From the NCBI RefSeq assembly GCF_032062105.1, contig NW_026936725.1, positions 496,001 through 560,000 on the forward strand: DNA of 64,000 bases. Reading direction: 5' to 3'. Numbering within the stretch: position 1 is the first letter of the stretch; every line of letters begins with the position of its first letter. The translations under genes were made by a program, and so were the position numbers. The stretch comes from Saccostrea cucullata (Eukaryota). The notes below the pieces were generated by a model. The model was not told the DNA's origin. It was given only the letters and a program-made list of their open reading frames with translations, and made no database searches. Shown here piece by piece: positions 47,301 to 60,134 of the stretch.

Positions 47301-50300
47301 AACTATGTACTTTACGAATCGTGAAACTGTATTTTGCAGATCTAGATAATCCATATTTTGAACTTGAAAATAATTGTGTTTAATTTTAAAGAGACACCGT
47401 GACGTACTAAGGGGAAAATTGACAAACGTAGAATTTTTGCATGACCTAAGTAAATTTTGATCAATACCTAAAAGTATAAGATTTCAGAAAATTACAGGTT
47501 TCAGAACCTAAAGGTTGTTTTTTATGGAGGAAAATAGAAGTAAAAATTAATAATTTCAGTATGCCCCATAACGAAAATATTTCTTTACTACTTCCTCCCT
47601 ATTGTATGCGTGCACAGAAAAGTGAAACTTGTAAATTTACCTACCTTGTCATTGCTCATTTGCAAAATTATTTTGTTAAAAAAACATTCCGATTGTACAC
47701 AAAAGTACTCTGAAGTCTACATCAAAAAGATGCTTGAGTTTCTAATTAACAATATGTTGTTTCTGGAGACCAGGTCTTCCAACAATCTTTAAGAATTTCC
47801 ATGGGTACCAATTGCGCCCCGTTATTAGCAAACCTATTTTTGTATTCATATGAAGCAGAATTTGTGCAAAATCTTATTCGTGAAAAGAAAAATACACTTG
47901 TTGTTGCCTTCAACTCCATATTTATATATCGACGACGTATTTCGACGACATATTGTCAATTAACAACTGTAATTTCCATTCGTATGTCGATACGATATAT
48001 CCTGGTGAGCTTGAGATAAAAGATACCATAGAGTCTGACACAACTGTTTCATATTTGGATATTTTACTGGTAAAAGACGTTAATGGTAATCTAACAACCA
48101 AGCTTTATGATAAACGTGATGACTTTAACTTTTCTATCGTCAACTTCCCTTACTTATGCAGCAATATACCTTCATCACCTGCATACGGAGTTTATGTATC
48201 TCAGTTGATTCGATACGCAAGAGCATGTTCTACGTATGGACAATATCTAAAACGAGGTAAATTATTGACAAACAAGTTGATGAAACAAAAATTTCAGCAG
48301 TCTTGTTTAAAGTCATCATTTTGTAAGTTCTATGGTCGATGCAATGACCTTGTCAGCGAATTTAATTTATCATTGAGTCAAATGATGACTGACGTTTTTC
48401 ATACTGATTATTAGTCCATTATTTATATACTGAATTGACAACGGATTTTTCCGTTATTTCCCGATCATGACAAGGAGCACACGGCGAGTGTAACCGGTGG
48501 GCAGGGGATGCTCACTCCTCCATGGCACCTGATCCCACCACTGATGTTTTGGAGGTCCGTTTTGCTCTGCTTCTATTTTGTACTGTTTTATGGACTTTTG
48601 ATCTTGAATAATGTTCGTTATCTCCATGTTTCAATTGAATAAGTTACCATAGTTACCATGGTCTGAAATAAGTACCCATGATTGAATGTAAGTAGACCAA
48701 AAAATTTGATGCAATCTTTTTTAAAAACTAGTTAGAACATATTTCTCATCTTTGCATGCTCTAGTTGAATTAAGTTTGAGCTAAAAATAAAAGTGGCGTG
48801 ACCTTGACATACACAAAAACATCAAAACAGTAGATATAACCTTTGTTTTCCGGTGTAACGACGAAAAGTGACCCCCGTAGAATATTGACCAGGGGGTCAT
48901 TTTTCTACATAGAAAAATGACCCCGGGTCAATATTCTACGACAAGTAGGGTCATTTTTCGACTGTAGAAAAACATTCCAGACCAGTAATTCTATGACTCC
49001 ACACTCGTTGAAAAATGACTCCCGTAGAAATTTGACCCCCTACTTTTTTTTATACAATAGAACCTTATATCTGTGTCTCCTGATATTTTTCCATACTCTC
49101 AAATGTATGTAGGGGGGATTTTTTATGTACTTTAATCCTTCTAACATATATTTGATAGCATATCTTAATAGTAGTATCACAGTCAATGTATCTGGTATGG
49201 ATTTATTTTTGGCTTTCAAAATTCCAATGAATATTAATTCATTGAGGAGCATAAATTTATGATTATATTTTTGGGTCGGTGTTTTTTTAATCAAGATTTT
49301 GTTCCAAAAATGGTGTGATATGTTTCTGATAACTATAAACTTTGAAATTTTTTACAAATCCAAAAAACATAGCATAGAAGCAAGAAAAGCAAAGTAATTT
49401 AACTATATAAATTCAATTACCATAGCCCTTACCTTAAACTTACATATACATCTGTATGCATTCTGCTTTAAAATACCTGCATTTTAAATACCTCATATAC
49501 ATGTAAGGTACTATACTTTTTCCTGTATATACGGGAAATACCATAAACATCGAGAACGGTCTTATAATGATATAAATAAAATCTTTCAAAACTGGCAAAA
49601 ATGAACATCTGAGTGAATAATAGTTCAATCTTTAAAGATATCAATGAATTCATAAAAAACTTCCCTTTTCAACACGTTTTAGCCCACAAACCTGACAAAT
49701 GGTTGCTGTAACATCGCCTTTCTTCTGAGATTTTTTAGACACTAACTTTGCAAATACAAATGAACTTACTCTATATATCATGCCATTACTTCGATATCTA
49801 TTTAGTCCTAGCACATACCGTCCAAACGTTAAACGTTAAGGCCAAAGTAAAAGTTTGGAATTTTTGCAAGAAAGTGGGTTAAACTCCGTGGTCAAGGTCA
49901 AAAGGTCAAAATTGGTTGTACAAAAAAAGGTCTTGTCACAGAAATACACATGTGAAACATGAAAGCCATATATAGTCCCACCCAGTCTAAAGTTATGGGC
50001 AAGGTTCAAGTTTTTGCGGTCAAATAGACAGCTAGACAGACGGAAGGACAGGTAAAAAACTACATACCCCCGAAACTTTGTTTACAGAGGCATAAGTATA
50101 ATATGTAAAGTAACAACTTTTTCTTAATCCAACATTTGTTTTTTTTTCTATTGGTAAAAATACCCTCATAAAATCATCACATGTAAGTATATGTAAAACT
50201 TATTTATTTAATATTTACAAATTAAATCATCCCTATTTTTTAAGAGAAGTTTGAAACCTCATTCATAGAAAACCAAATACATTATCATGTATTTTGTATT

Positions 50301-53300
50301 CTTATAAGATCTAATTTTCTAAGCCAGCGCTCTTTTTCGCGCTAGTTTTAAAAGTAGGGATCAAAACCATTAAACTTTTGAAAAACAAAATTATTTTTTG
50401 ATTTTTGCAAATTTATTTCCCATGGAAAAATCAAAGAGTTTTATAATGATTTAATTATGGAAACTTTCAAAACTTTTTTCTGAAACCAGCTAGAAAATGA
50501 CCTTTTTAAAAATTTAATTGACAACTGAGTCAACTTGCTGTATAAAATGTAAAAAAAAAAAACGATTCTATTAATGCGCTCTTAAAGCCTTAGAATTTTT
50601 TTTTTTTTATTATGACATTTTTACATGTATGACAATTTTCATCTTTTGGTACACAGTTACATTTGATTTACACACAATACATAATTATACTTATAGAATG
50701 TGAAAGTTGTTTTGAAGGAGGAAAAAAATCCAAAAAAGGGGGGTCAGCAATAGAAAACAATTCTTCTATTTCAAATAATACAAAAAAGATATAAAATCAC
50801 TCAAATAATTTATAGGATGTATATATACATGTATATGTAACTCAATTGCTAACAAGATATCGCATTTTTTTGCCAATGCATGCCTTTCGTATTACTCATA
50901 TGTACAATTCTTCAACAACAAAAATTTTTCAATAAAAATTCTATCTGTGATCCTCTTTAATACAACTTCAGCGTCTGTTTTTGGAACATTCTTATATTTA
51001 CTGGCAAAAATTTCAAAAAAAAAATCTATTTTTAGTAACCATGGCAGCACTGTTTTCCGAAATTAAAAACCAATATACAGAATTATGTATCTTAGTTTAG
51101 ACTACTTGTGTGCCAAGTTATATTGAAATCAGACCAAAACTGTAGGAGGAGAAGTATTTTGAAAGTATTTCACAGAAATTTTTATTTTTAGTAACCATGG
51201 CAACACCGTTCTTTGAAATCATCTACAGGAGAAATAGCATTTTGAAAGAATTTCACAGAAAGTTCTATTTTTAGTAACCACGGCAACACCGTTCATCAAA
51301 ATCGAAAACCGATGCACAGAATTCTGTATCTTAGTATAGTCTACTTGTGTGCCAAGTTATATTGAAATCAGACCAAAAATTTAGGTGGAATAGCATTTTG
51401 AAAAATTGTTTACAGACAGACAGATAGACGGACGGACGGGCGACGGACGCATTATTATCGCATAAGCTCTTCTGGTCTCTGACCAGTAGAGCTAAAAATG
51501 GAATTTGGAATATGTGGTCAAATCAACTTAGTATTTTTAATTTCATCACTTTTTATATTTTTCAGTCTATCTAACACTGCTATTCTAAGACCATTATAAT
51601 CAACAAATTTGTTTTCACTTTCAAGTTTATTAATGAGTCGAGACTTACAAAACTACCCTCATTGTTAAAGAGGTCAGTAAGAAAAAACAATGCCTTCGTT
51701 GAAATAGTTTTTCCAAAAGAAAGATTTATTATAAATTTTAAACTTTGGATTATTCCATCAGAACCCCTTATCCAAAGATTGTTTGTATCTTCTTTTAGTT
51801 CAGCTTCAAATAGTTTTATCCAGTTTGCATGTGAGTGAATAAGTCTTTTGATCCAACTTGATTTTAGAGCAGAAATGAATTCTGTATAATCACTCATTTT
51901 TAGACCTCCATATTTATAGTCCTGAATTATAACATTTTTCTTTACCTTATGAATTTTGCTACCCCATAGAAAATAATACTTTTCGGTCTCAAACATCTTC
52001 AAAAAATTTGACTTAGGGTTTGGTAAAGTAAGACATAGATGGTTTTGTTTGGGTAATATTAAAGTTTTAATTATTGTTTTGACCTTCTGATTGGGATACG
52101 TTTCCTCAAACTCCACTTACCTAACAAACTTTTGATTTCATTTAGCTATATGGAATAATTAAGATCGAGCATTTCATCCAAGTTTAATGAAAATTTTATT
52201 CCTAGAAGCTTCCACCTTGACTGATGAAATACTTCCCTTGAAAAGTTTTTACTTCCAATCCATATCATTTTAGTTTAAGATAAGAGATAATAGAAGTATC
52301 ATCAGCATATTGGGAGAGTTTGTACTCTTCACCCTCAATTGTTATACCTTTTATATCTTAATTATTTCGAATCAAGATTCCAAGAATTTCAGCACATACA
52401 TGTAACAAACCTTAGAACATTTTAATAGATATTGTTTTAATTAATGGGGATTTAACGGTTTGTATTATAAATGTAAGGTATTGTATAGCTTTGATTTCGT
52501 TATTTAAGCTTAAAAGCTTTCAGAAATTAACACTTCAAAGCATAAGACTGCTTAATATTACTCGTATACATTCGCCTAACAAGAATATCCCTACCAAAAC
52601 GAATGTTTCTGCATCAAAAAATGACAAGGGATCACTATTCTACGGGGTCATTTTTCTACAATGCACACGGAGAAAAATGACCCTAAGGCCATGATTTCTA
52701 CAGAAAAGTGGGTCATTTTTCTACGTAGAATACTGTAAACCAACTTTTATTCGTGTGCGAGAAATTTTCGCGAAGTTCGCGAGAGCCTCGCCATCGCGAA
52801 TATTTCTCGCCGCGAACTAGTCCTTATAGTATATTTGTCTATTAAAAACAGATACAAAAAGTCTTGGTCGCGAAAATTAATCGTCGCGAACTGGTTTATG
52901 CCTGGTAAATCGCGAAATAAAGTCGTCGCGAATAAAAGTTGGTTTACAGTATTGACCAGGGGGTCAAATTTCTACGTAGAAAACGGGGGTCACTTTTCGT
53001 CGTTACACCGGCACTTATATTGTGCAGTCTTTTCTTGCTATGCAGTGCAGTTAAATTGTCATATCTTCGCTATATACTCATAATTTTGAAAAGTCTTTCC
53101 CTATATGCTACATATATCTTAAAGGAAACATATGATTTTGACACATTATGTAACTTTAAGTAAAGTCGACATTTGTGAAGCATAAATACATGTAAGATTA
53201 AATGAAACATCCTTAACTATTGCTTGCTACTCGCAAACTGTACAACTACTAAAATTAATATGCTTGTAAACGGAAGCCCCGATTTCCAATGCTCTTGTTT

Positions 53301-56300
53301 TCTCTTGCATGTTTATATAATATGTATAAAGAGATGCTTAATTCCCGAAAAATGGTTACAGGTTGCAATTCACCACCGAGATGTTGAGCCAAATATAGGA
53401 GATAAAAGCTTTTTTGTTAGTCCTGGTACAGTCACGTATGTACCGATAAGGAAAAGCAAGGTAAGAAAGGAAAATGTAGACAAAAGTCATAAAGTACAAT
53501 TGAAGTAAATGTGTAACTGAAGTTAATTAAATTTACGCGAGCATTTTAAAAATGATATTAGGAGATGTAGGTAATATTAAAATCTATACGCTTTAAATAA
53601 TTACCCATCATTTCATAAAGAGAATATTAATCTAGTACCGCATTCATATGAATTCAAGAAAAATTTTTAGTTCTTTTAAAGAAATTATTATTTTCATTAA
53701 GCCTTCAAGTTGTAATTAAAACATTTATTAAATTTTAGCATACATATTTGCCGAGGCCATACAAAGCATTCGGAACAAATTACTGTACAAAAACTAGCGA
53801 CCCAGATTTTCGAAATCCCTTGAAACATTATTCAAGATACAGCTATTACGCGTGCCTCAGAGAATGCCGCTCCAACTTTATCATTAAAAGATGCGAATGT
53901 CGCCTGATAACAGAAAAGGGTAAGATTCAGTTATAAATTGAAATAAAACCAGTCTATGGATCGCCATAGCTGTCTTATGCGATGGACCTTCTTTATTATG
54001 ATGTGGTTTTACTTAAGCAATGAATCATTATTTTTTGAAAGATATAGTCTCAACCTATCTGCAAACGTTTGTGCACCATACCATTGACTAACGCGCGAGT
54101 TAATGAAACAGTATAAATAAATTTTCAATGTGGCAAGATTTTGAAAAAATTACGCACTTTGAAAAAAATTTTCAAAGTATGGGACAAAATCAACGCACTT
54201 TGAAACAAATGTTTACTCAACGCAAAAATTTTTTTTGCGAGGTCTACATCAATATATTTTACCATGGAGACACTTAACGCACTTTGAAAAAAAAATCATA
54301 TTTTAGTCATGGAAAGATTTTATTTGTTATTTATCTTTCAAAAAATATAACCCTAACCTCAAAAATTTGATTTACTCCGTCGAAAAGAGGAGAAAAATAA
54401 TTTTTCAAATCTTTATCTTTCAATACATAGGTGTAAGTGTTTGCATTTTCAATGATTTTTCCAAAAAAAACGTTTAGAAACTGGTTCAAAGCATTCATAT
54501 AATTATGTATTTACCACTGGTATGACGTTGAAAACTTTCAATAATAAAAGTTAATTAAAACAGATGAAAACAAGAAATTTTTAAGTACAGTAAAACGTAT
54601 GACGAAGAATTTTCATAGTTTTGAACAATCAAATTGTCCCCTTTTTATTATGATGAATGTTAAATTGCTTGAAACTGTCTCAGTTAGTGCCCCCTATACA
54701 CCTTTACATCTACTTATCAAAGATAGAATTTAAATAAAGGAAGAAGAAACGAATTTGAATTTTTTCTTTTTTTCAAGACCCTTTAATTTTCCCTTTTATT
54801 TTATCAAAACCTTAAATATTTAAAACGTCAATATCGTGCTACAGTGACTTTATCATAAAAAAGTTATGTTATTTATCATACCGATTATTTGAAGGAATAT
54901 TGATCAATCTTTACATTTTTTTCGCGTTAATAGTTGAATGAAAAAAAATTATTTTTTTTCAAAGTATTTAAATATTTTCTATTATAATTCTACCAATTTT
55001 TTTTCAATAGGTGAGGAAATCATCTGTACTATTGCACAGGAATTTGAGTGTGCTTTGAAAACAAGAGGTTTGCTAACTGAATTTTCAGAAAAATGCATAC
55101 CATTCTTATAAATTGAATTCTTAAACGAAGATAATGATAAGAAAATGTGTAAAATATATTATCATTGCTTTAATTTCCGAATGATTTATTTATAATTTTT
55201 TCCTTTTAGATTTTTTTGACAGCAATCCCGGGCATCAGGCTGAATGTAATTGTCCCTTACCGTGTGAAGAGGTGTACTATGAAAAAGAAATCTCGTCGGC
55301 CCAATTTCCCTCCGAGAAATTCCGAGAAATACTACATAGTCTGTATAACATTACAAATATCAGGTCAGATTGAGATTTTGTCATTGTACTTAAGGAAATT
55401 CATTGTATACATTTTGAATGAACAATACTTTATAGAAAACAATCTTTATTACAGTACTAATTATTTGGAGCTGAAGTTTTATTACGATACGTTTGTAACG
55501 CACACAATTGAGCAAGTACCAAAGGTAGACATAACAAGCGTACTGGGTATGTAATATTTTATGCAAAAAATTACACTAAAACAAAAAAAATATAACTTTT
55601 TTAAAGATGTATGTACTAAGTGTCCATTTCAGTAAAAAATTATATATGCATATAAAACACAATTACAGTATTTAATCCCATGGAAAATCGCTAATTAGTA
55701 GATGGAATACTTATATATATGGAATTACGAACAGTATTCAAGCTCGAATGCAAAATTCGAGCAGAGAAAATACGGACCTGGAAAACATCATAGGTGGGAT
55801 CAGGTTCCATGGAGGAGTGAGCATACCCTGTCAATTGGTCACACCCTTCGTGTGCTCCTTGTCACGTTCGGGTTATAACGAGAAAATCCGTCGACAATTC
55901 AGTGTGTTTATAATGGCCTAACAATTAGTATGAAAAACGCTAGTCAGCATTTGACTCAATAATAAATTGTATTTGCTGACAAGGTTATTGTATCGACCAT
56001 TGAACTTACGAAATGGTGAATTTAAACGAGACTGCTGATATTATTGTGTCATCAACTTGTTTGTCAATAATTTACCTCGTTTTAGAAATTGTTCATACAT
56101 AGAGCATGTTCTTGCGTATCGAATCAACTGAGATATATATACTCCGTATGCAGATGATGAAGGTATATTGCTGCATACGTAATATTGCTACATAAGCCAT
56201 GGAAGTTGAGAAAAATTTTAAGTCATCACGTTTATTATACAGCTTGGTTGTTAGATTACCATTAACGTCTTTTTCAAGTAAAATAGCCAAATATGACACA

Positions 56301-56675
56301 GTTTTGAAAGACTCTGTGGTGTCTTTAATCTCAAGCTCACCATGATATATCGTATCAACATAAGAATGGAAATTACCATTGTCAGCATTTGACTCAATGA
56401 TAAATTGTATTTTGCTGACGAGGTCATTGTATCGACCATGGAATTTACAAACTGATGACTTTAAATTAAACAAAAAGCACGTTTCTTTTTCAGGGAATAT
56501 TGGAGGATATCTGGGAATCTTTCTAGGAGCAAGCTTACTGACCATAACAGAGGTGTTCGAAGTGGTTGTTCTCACAGCCTACGTGTTTCTGAGGCGCATC
56601 TTGAGAATGGTCAAGTGTTTCCTTAACAAATCCAACCAAAGAACCAGTATTGTTACAGCAGAAACTGTCAAGTGA
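44304..56675 (+). CDS. DEG/ENaC (acid-sensing ion channel-like) channel subunit A, ~495 aa
   Basis: Exons 44304-44488, 45615-46152, 53362-53460, 53739-53919, 55011-55067, 55210-55363, 55455-55546, 56494-56675 (1488 nt, phases consistent). STSMHG pre-TM1, TM1, FPTVTICN, Cys-rich thumb (CLREC, CECR, CNCPLPC), TM2 GNIGGYLGIFLGAS. Confidence 0.92.
44655..45640 (+). repeat. Degenerate ~35-bp minisatellite filling intron 1 of channel gene A
   Basis: Recurring Y-tract-CAGAAT(A)TTTTGGACTGTTATGATG units. The last unit is the real exon 2 acceptor and first codons. Confidence 0.75.
47655..48635 (+). mobile_element. Penelope-like retroelement (Naiad-type), 5'-truncated RT plus 3'UTR
   Basis: MGTNCAPLLANLFLYSYE, YIDD, YPGELEIK, SYLDI, KLYDKRDDFNFSIVNFP, SNIPSSPAYGVYVSQLIRYARACS. 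The ORF stops after the thumb (TAG at 48414) with no C-terminal GIY-YIG, consistent with the N-terminal-endonuclease Naiad clade. Confidence 0.85.
49800..50094 (+). mobile_element. HINE 3' fragment (family of 7577-8526)
   Basis: GGTCAAGGTCAAAAGGTCAAA, GACAG microsatellite, palindrome CCCCCGAAACTTTGTTTACAGAGG. Confidence 0.7.
51020..51498 (+). mobile_element. Second HINE-like family (ACCATGGCAAC core repeats)
   Basis: Three TTTTTAGTAACCA(T/C)GGCA repeats, GACA/GACG microsatellite, terminal hairpin AGCTCTTCTGGTC-TCT-GACCAGTAGAGCT-AAAAA. A related fragment occurs at ~39305-39395. Confidence 0.7.
51500..52400 (-). mobile_element. L1/Tx1-clade LINE ORF2 fragment
   Basis: CAEILGILIRNN*DIKGI...KLSQYADDT (52400-52297), then KVKTIIKTLILPK, FLWG, DYKYGGLKM, ALKSSWIKRL. 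Confidence 0.85.
52733..52949. mobile_element. Tc1/mariner-type MITE with TA TSD
   Basis: TA|CTGTAAACCAACTTTTATTCG ... CGAATAAAAGTTGGTTTACAG|TA, with a TCGCGA-rich interior. Inserted in the GTAGAA-TA-TTGACCAGGGGG motif of the host element's right end. Confidence 0.9.
55722..56465 (-). mobile_element. Second Naiad-type Penelope fragment with partial tandem duplication
   Basis: Reverse-complement homology to 47960-48620 (FHSYVDTIYHGELEIKDTTES, NGNLTTKLYNKRDD, same 3'UTR). Segment GTCAGCATTTGACTCAAT...TTTAAA occurs at both ~55943-56026 and 56381-56465. Confidence 0.85.
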
Positions 56676-56988
56676 AACTGGTGCCCAATATTGCTTTGGA
56701 AACAAAATATGTCTTATTCCAAGAAATTTAGTTCAAGTGAGCTTTTATGATTGAAATTCGTCCGCTTTCTGTCGTTGTCGTCATTTTCGACATTGTTGTC
56801 GTAAACTTTCCGACTCCAGGACAATATATATATAATTGTTCTTACTGGTAATATCATCTTTAAGACGACCCTACAAATTCATTTGACTTTTTAAAAAAGA
56901 CAACTGAACGTGCTCATTTCATCAAAGACAACTAAAACATTTCATATAATTCTTCTTGTGAAACAGACAATTCAGTATTCAGCAAATT

Positions 56989-59900
56989 TTAAGGATATAT
57001 TTGTTCCATGATAACATAAACGTCATCTTTAGAGTTCTCTTCTTTGTTTTTTCTCAGTCTTATAGTTTTGATTGTGTGTTTAACTGTCTGTAGAATGGCC
57101 TGAGCTAACTCCACTAAACTTAGAATACTAGCTCCAAGGAATATACCCATGTAGCCACCAAGATTGCCTACAAATGATACAAAAGTAATTTATTGCACTT
57201 GCAGCATATTTGTCCTTAAGTTGATACTACATGCATTGTACATTAATCAAATGCTCAAATACATGTAACTATACCTAAAAGACTGAGTAAATTCATCTTC
57301 GGTACCTGTTTTCTCCTCTCTCTGATCAATGAACGGTAATATATAGACACCTGCGCTAAATTTTCCCTACAATAAGATTCGATGTACATGTCATAAACAA
57401 TTGATGAATGCAAAAGCTACTTGTTGTAAGTTCATCCACTGTTCAGTGAATTTAATTGTTCTTATACAAATGTGTATCTAAATCTACTACTGTAGATATT
57501 AAATCAATATAAAAATTAATGAATGTTTGAATAAAACTTTTACGAGTTTCCTGTATTTAGGACAAATTTTAGGTTGTTCCAAGTTTATATCCATTAAGCA
57601 TCCACCCATCTTTCAAAATCCTATTTTCCTAGTCGCCAAAAATATACATATTCAATGCTTAAAATACATTTAAATGTGTAAATGACATAATCTAAACAAA
57701 AACATATACAGGTACCAAATTGTTGACACTTCGTCCATCAGTTTGGAATTTGAAATAATCTGACATACAAACCTGCTAAAATTTTGTCCATTGCTTCTGA
57801 ATACTGAAGAACTTTTGCCAAGCCTTGCCAACGATATTTCTTTTTCAAAATATGTCCTAATACACGGTCTTGGACATGAGCATATATCTCTTTGTGAGTT
57901 TAATTGCTCAAATACATCTGAAAACAAGTTTCTTTTAATATGAATGCATAATACATGTACTAAAAAGCAGGATCGATCTCTTTCAAGTGCCCTAATTTGT
58001 ATATATATTACTTCAAGATCATGTTTCAAAAAACTACTTTAAAACAGGAAAACGTTTTAAACACACTTTTAAGTTTTTCTCCAACAACCTTTACAATCAT
58101 TTAACTGCGATCAACGACATAAAGCAGCTCACCTTCTTGTGCATGAACACAAGTATGTATCTTGTGAAAAGAACACAGTTTCTCCAGTCCTAGAAAAATA
58201 TATAGTAACGCCAGGAAAATAAAATGTATTTAGTAAATAAAATTCAAATAACTTTTTAAAAATTTGACTAAAAAGACGAACCTGGATACGTGTGGCCCCT
58301 ACATTCACACTGACTAATTATAAATCTGCTCTTGCACTCTCGGACACAGGCGTGATGGCTGTATATATCGTGGTACTTTAAAGGGGACTTAAAGTTCGGA
58401 CTGGTGACGTCATCACAGTAACCGTCAGTAAAAGCCACATAGGGGGCAGCTAAATACACGTCCTGTAATATTGTCAGGCAGGTGTTTTATAAACGTGTAT
58501 CAAATAATATTCTTAAACTCGATATCTTCAACTCTTATTTTATAGAATATCACAAGATTTGCCAACAGAATGGGTAATTTTTCGAAGAAAGAAAAATTAG
58601 CAATGGGTCTTAAACTTATTAGAATTTTCCAGGTGAGAAATGCACTGCGTTGAGAATAAATCAGAAAATATTATGTAAAGAATACATGTATATAGCTGAT
58701 GTAAGAATCTGTCAAAGATAAATACGTATTTTAAAACAAAATTACTTGTCTATATTCGAGGACTACTTCTGTAACTGTTTCTGGACTGACAAGGAAACTG
58801 CCAACGTTCATGTTTGGTTCTTCATCTTTCGGATGTATAGCTACCTAAATTAAATACTTTGTACTGTACGCTATAAAAATTATTAAAATATTTAAATCAG
58901 GATGGCTATAGATACATACACTCATTCCAACAGCCATGCTTTCTGTGTGCAGGAAATTGTCTTGGTCAATGTGCAGCAAGAGGGATAAGCCATGGGATTT
59001 CCCGGGATTAGAAGTGGGGGACATAAAGCTGTTGTCAAATAAAAAACAAGATCCCATGTCAGTCTGTTTTACTCTAATCAGATCGAAGCACTTCATCATT
59101 TGTCCTCTGTAACTACAAGACAAAAATGTCTTGTTCACTTCAAATCCGACACTAGCCAACCAACTGTCTATTTCATCCTCATGTAAAAAGGCATTTTCCG
59201 GGTCACTGAAATTAAGTTCGATTCCAGAGGATGGGGTACTTGTTATGCTCACCAATGATAAATACCTTAGTAGTGATGTATTGTTCTGAATCTTTGAGAA
59301 GTTGTATTTAGATAATGGACAAATTGTAACAGCGGGGAAGTCCAGTTCTTCCTTGAGTTTAACACTTATTGTAGTCAAGGTATTCAAGTCACCATAGTTT
59401 GCAAACAACAAAGACGCAACCACGAGGAAAGCAATGAGTACAACTGATGTTAACACTGCCCAGAACACACTGTAAAACAAAACAAATCTGAAAGACTGAA
59501 GCTCTATATGTACTGGTTTAAGGGAAATAAACTGATATATCTTAGTGTGATATATCTTAGTGTGATTATTACGTTTTTTTGTAACATAATTTTATTAAAG
59601 AAAATTTTTGAAGTTGTTTGTTAAACAAATACAAACCTGAAATGGGATAATGCGTATTTCTACATTATGTACTTCCCTTTATAAAGACATAAAAGGATAA
59701 AACCTTCGAAAATAGTAGCATTTGAAATCACATCAAAATTTTATCATAATAATAGGATTTATATATTAAGTAATTTAAACAAAATTATTTAGATGAATAA
59801 CATTTTTAAATGCTAAATAGAGTAACAGGAGTAACTATGTTCATCAAATACTTTCGTAATGTATTCATGTATTTTAAATAATAAAATAGTTCTTCGTTGT

Positions 59901-60071
59901 CGCTCACTCTTAATTTTTTCTCTCTCTCTTTTGGTATACTATTATGTACTTTTTCGGATCCTTATACATACCAGGACAGTTGTGATCTCTCTCCCGTAAT
60001 ATGCGCTATCCCGTGTAAGGTCGTGGTAGATCTGTAACCCCGCCATATGTCTCCTAAAGATCTACTGCTCT
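56989..60071 (-). CDS. DEG/ENaC (ASIC-like) channel subunit B, 5'-partial (start exon not found in window)
   Basis: Exons 60071-59972, 59469-58920, 58844-58746, 58462-58282, 58189-58133, 57917-57773, 57366-57275, 57167-56989. Exon sizes 99/181/57/92 are identical to gene A. TTTLHG, FPAVTIC, CVREC, CSCPRPC, GNLGGYMGIFLGAS. No in-frame ATG between the upstream TAA (~60118) and the HG motif, so a phase-1 acceptor at 60072 is inferred. Confidence 0.9.
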
Positions 60072-60134
60072 CTAAAACATCATTTATACGAATTAGGGAC
60101 AGATAAAAAATATATTCTTAAAGAATACTTTGAA

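Larger units (their letters stand above)
48850..53011. mobile_element. 4.16-kb unclassified TIR element carrying nested insertions
   Basis: 29-bp perfect TIRs CCGGTGTAACGACGAAAAGTGACCCCCGT / ACGGGGGTCACTTTTCGTCGTTACACCGG, plus subterminal arrays of AAAATGACCCC / GTAGAA motifs at both ends. No transposase and no clear TSD. Confidence 0.85.

Noticed and set aside
47655-48635. Selenoprotein (UGA-recoded) Naiad or hammerhead ribozyme
   Set aside because: The disruptions seen are frameshifts and TAA/TAG, not in-frame TGA at Cys positions. No SECIS or complete CUGANGA...GAAA core was recognised.
55216-55554. 112-aa ORF as a single exon
   Set aside because: Chimeric frame. The true exon 55210-55363 is in another frame (CNCPLPC), and only 55455-55546 is coding in this frame.
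56093-56575. 160-aa minus-strand ORF suggesting a channel-retroelement fusion
   Set aside because: Antisense of channel A's last exon reading by chance into the Penelope fragment. It starts at a non-ATG codon and has no other support.
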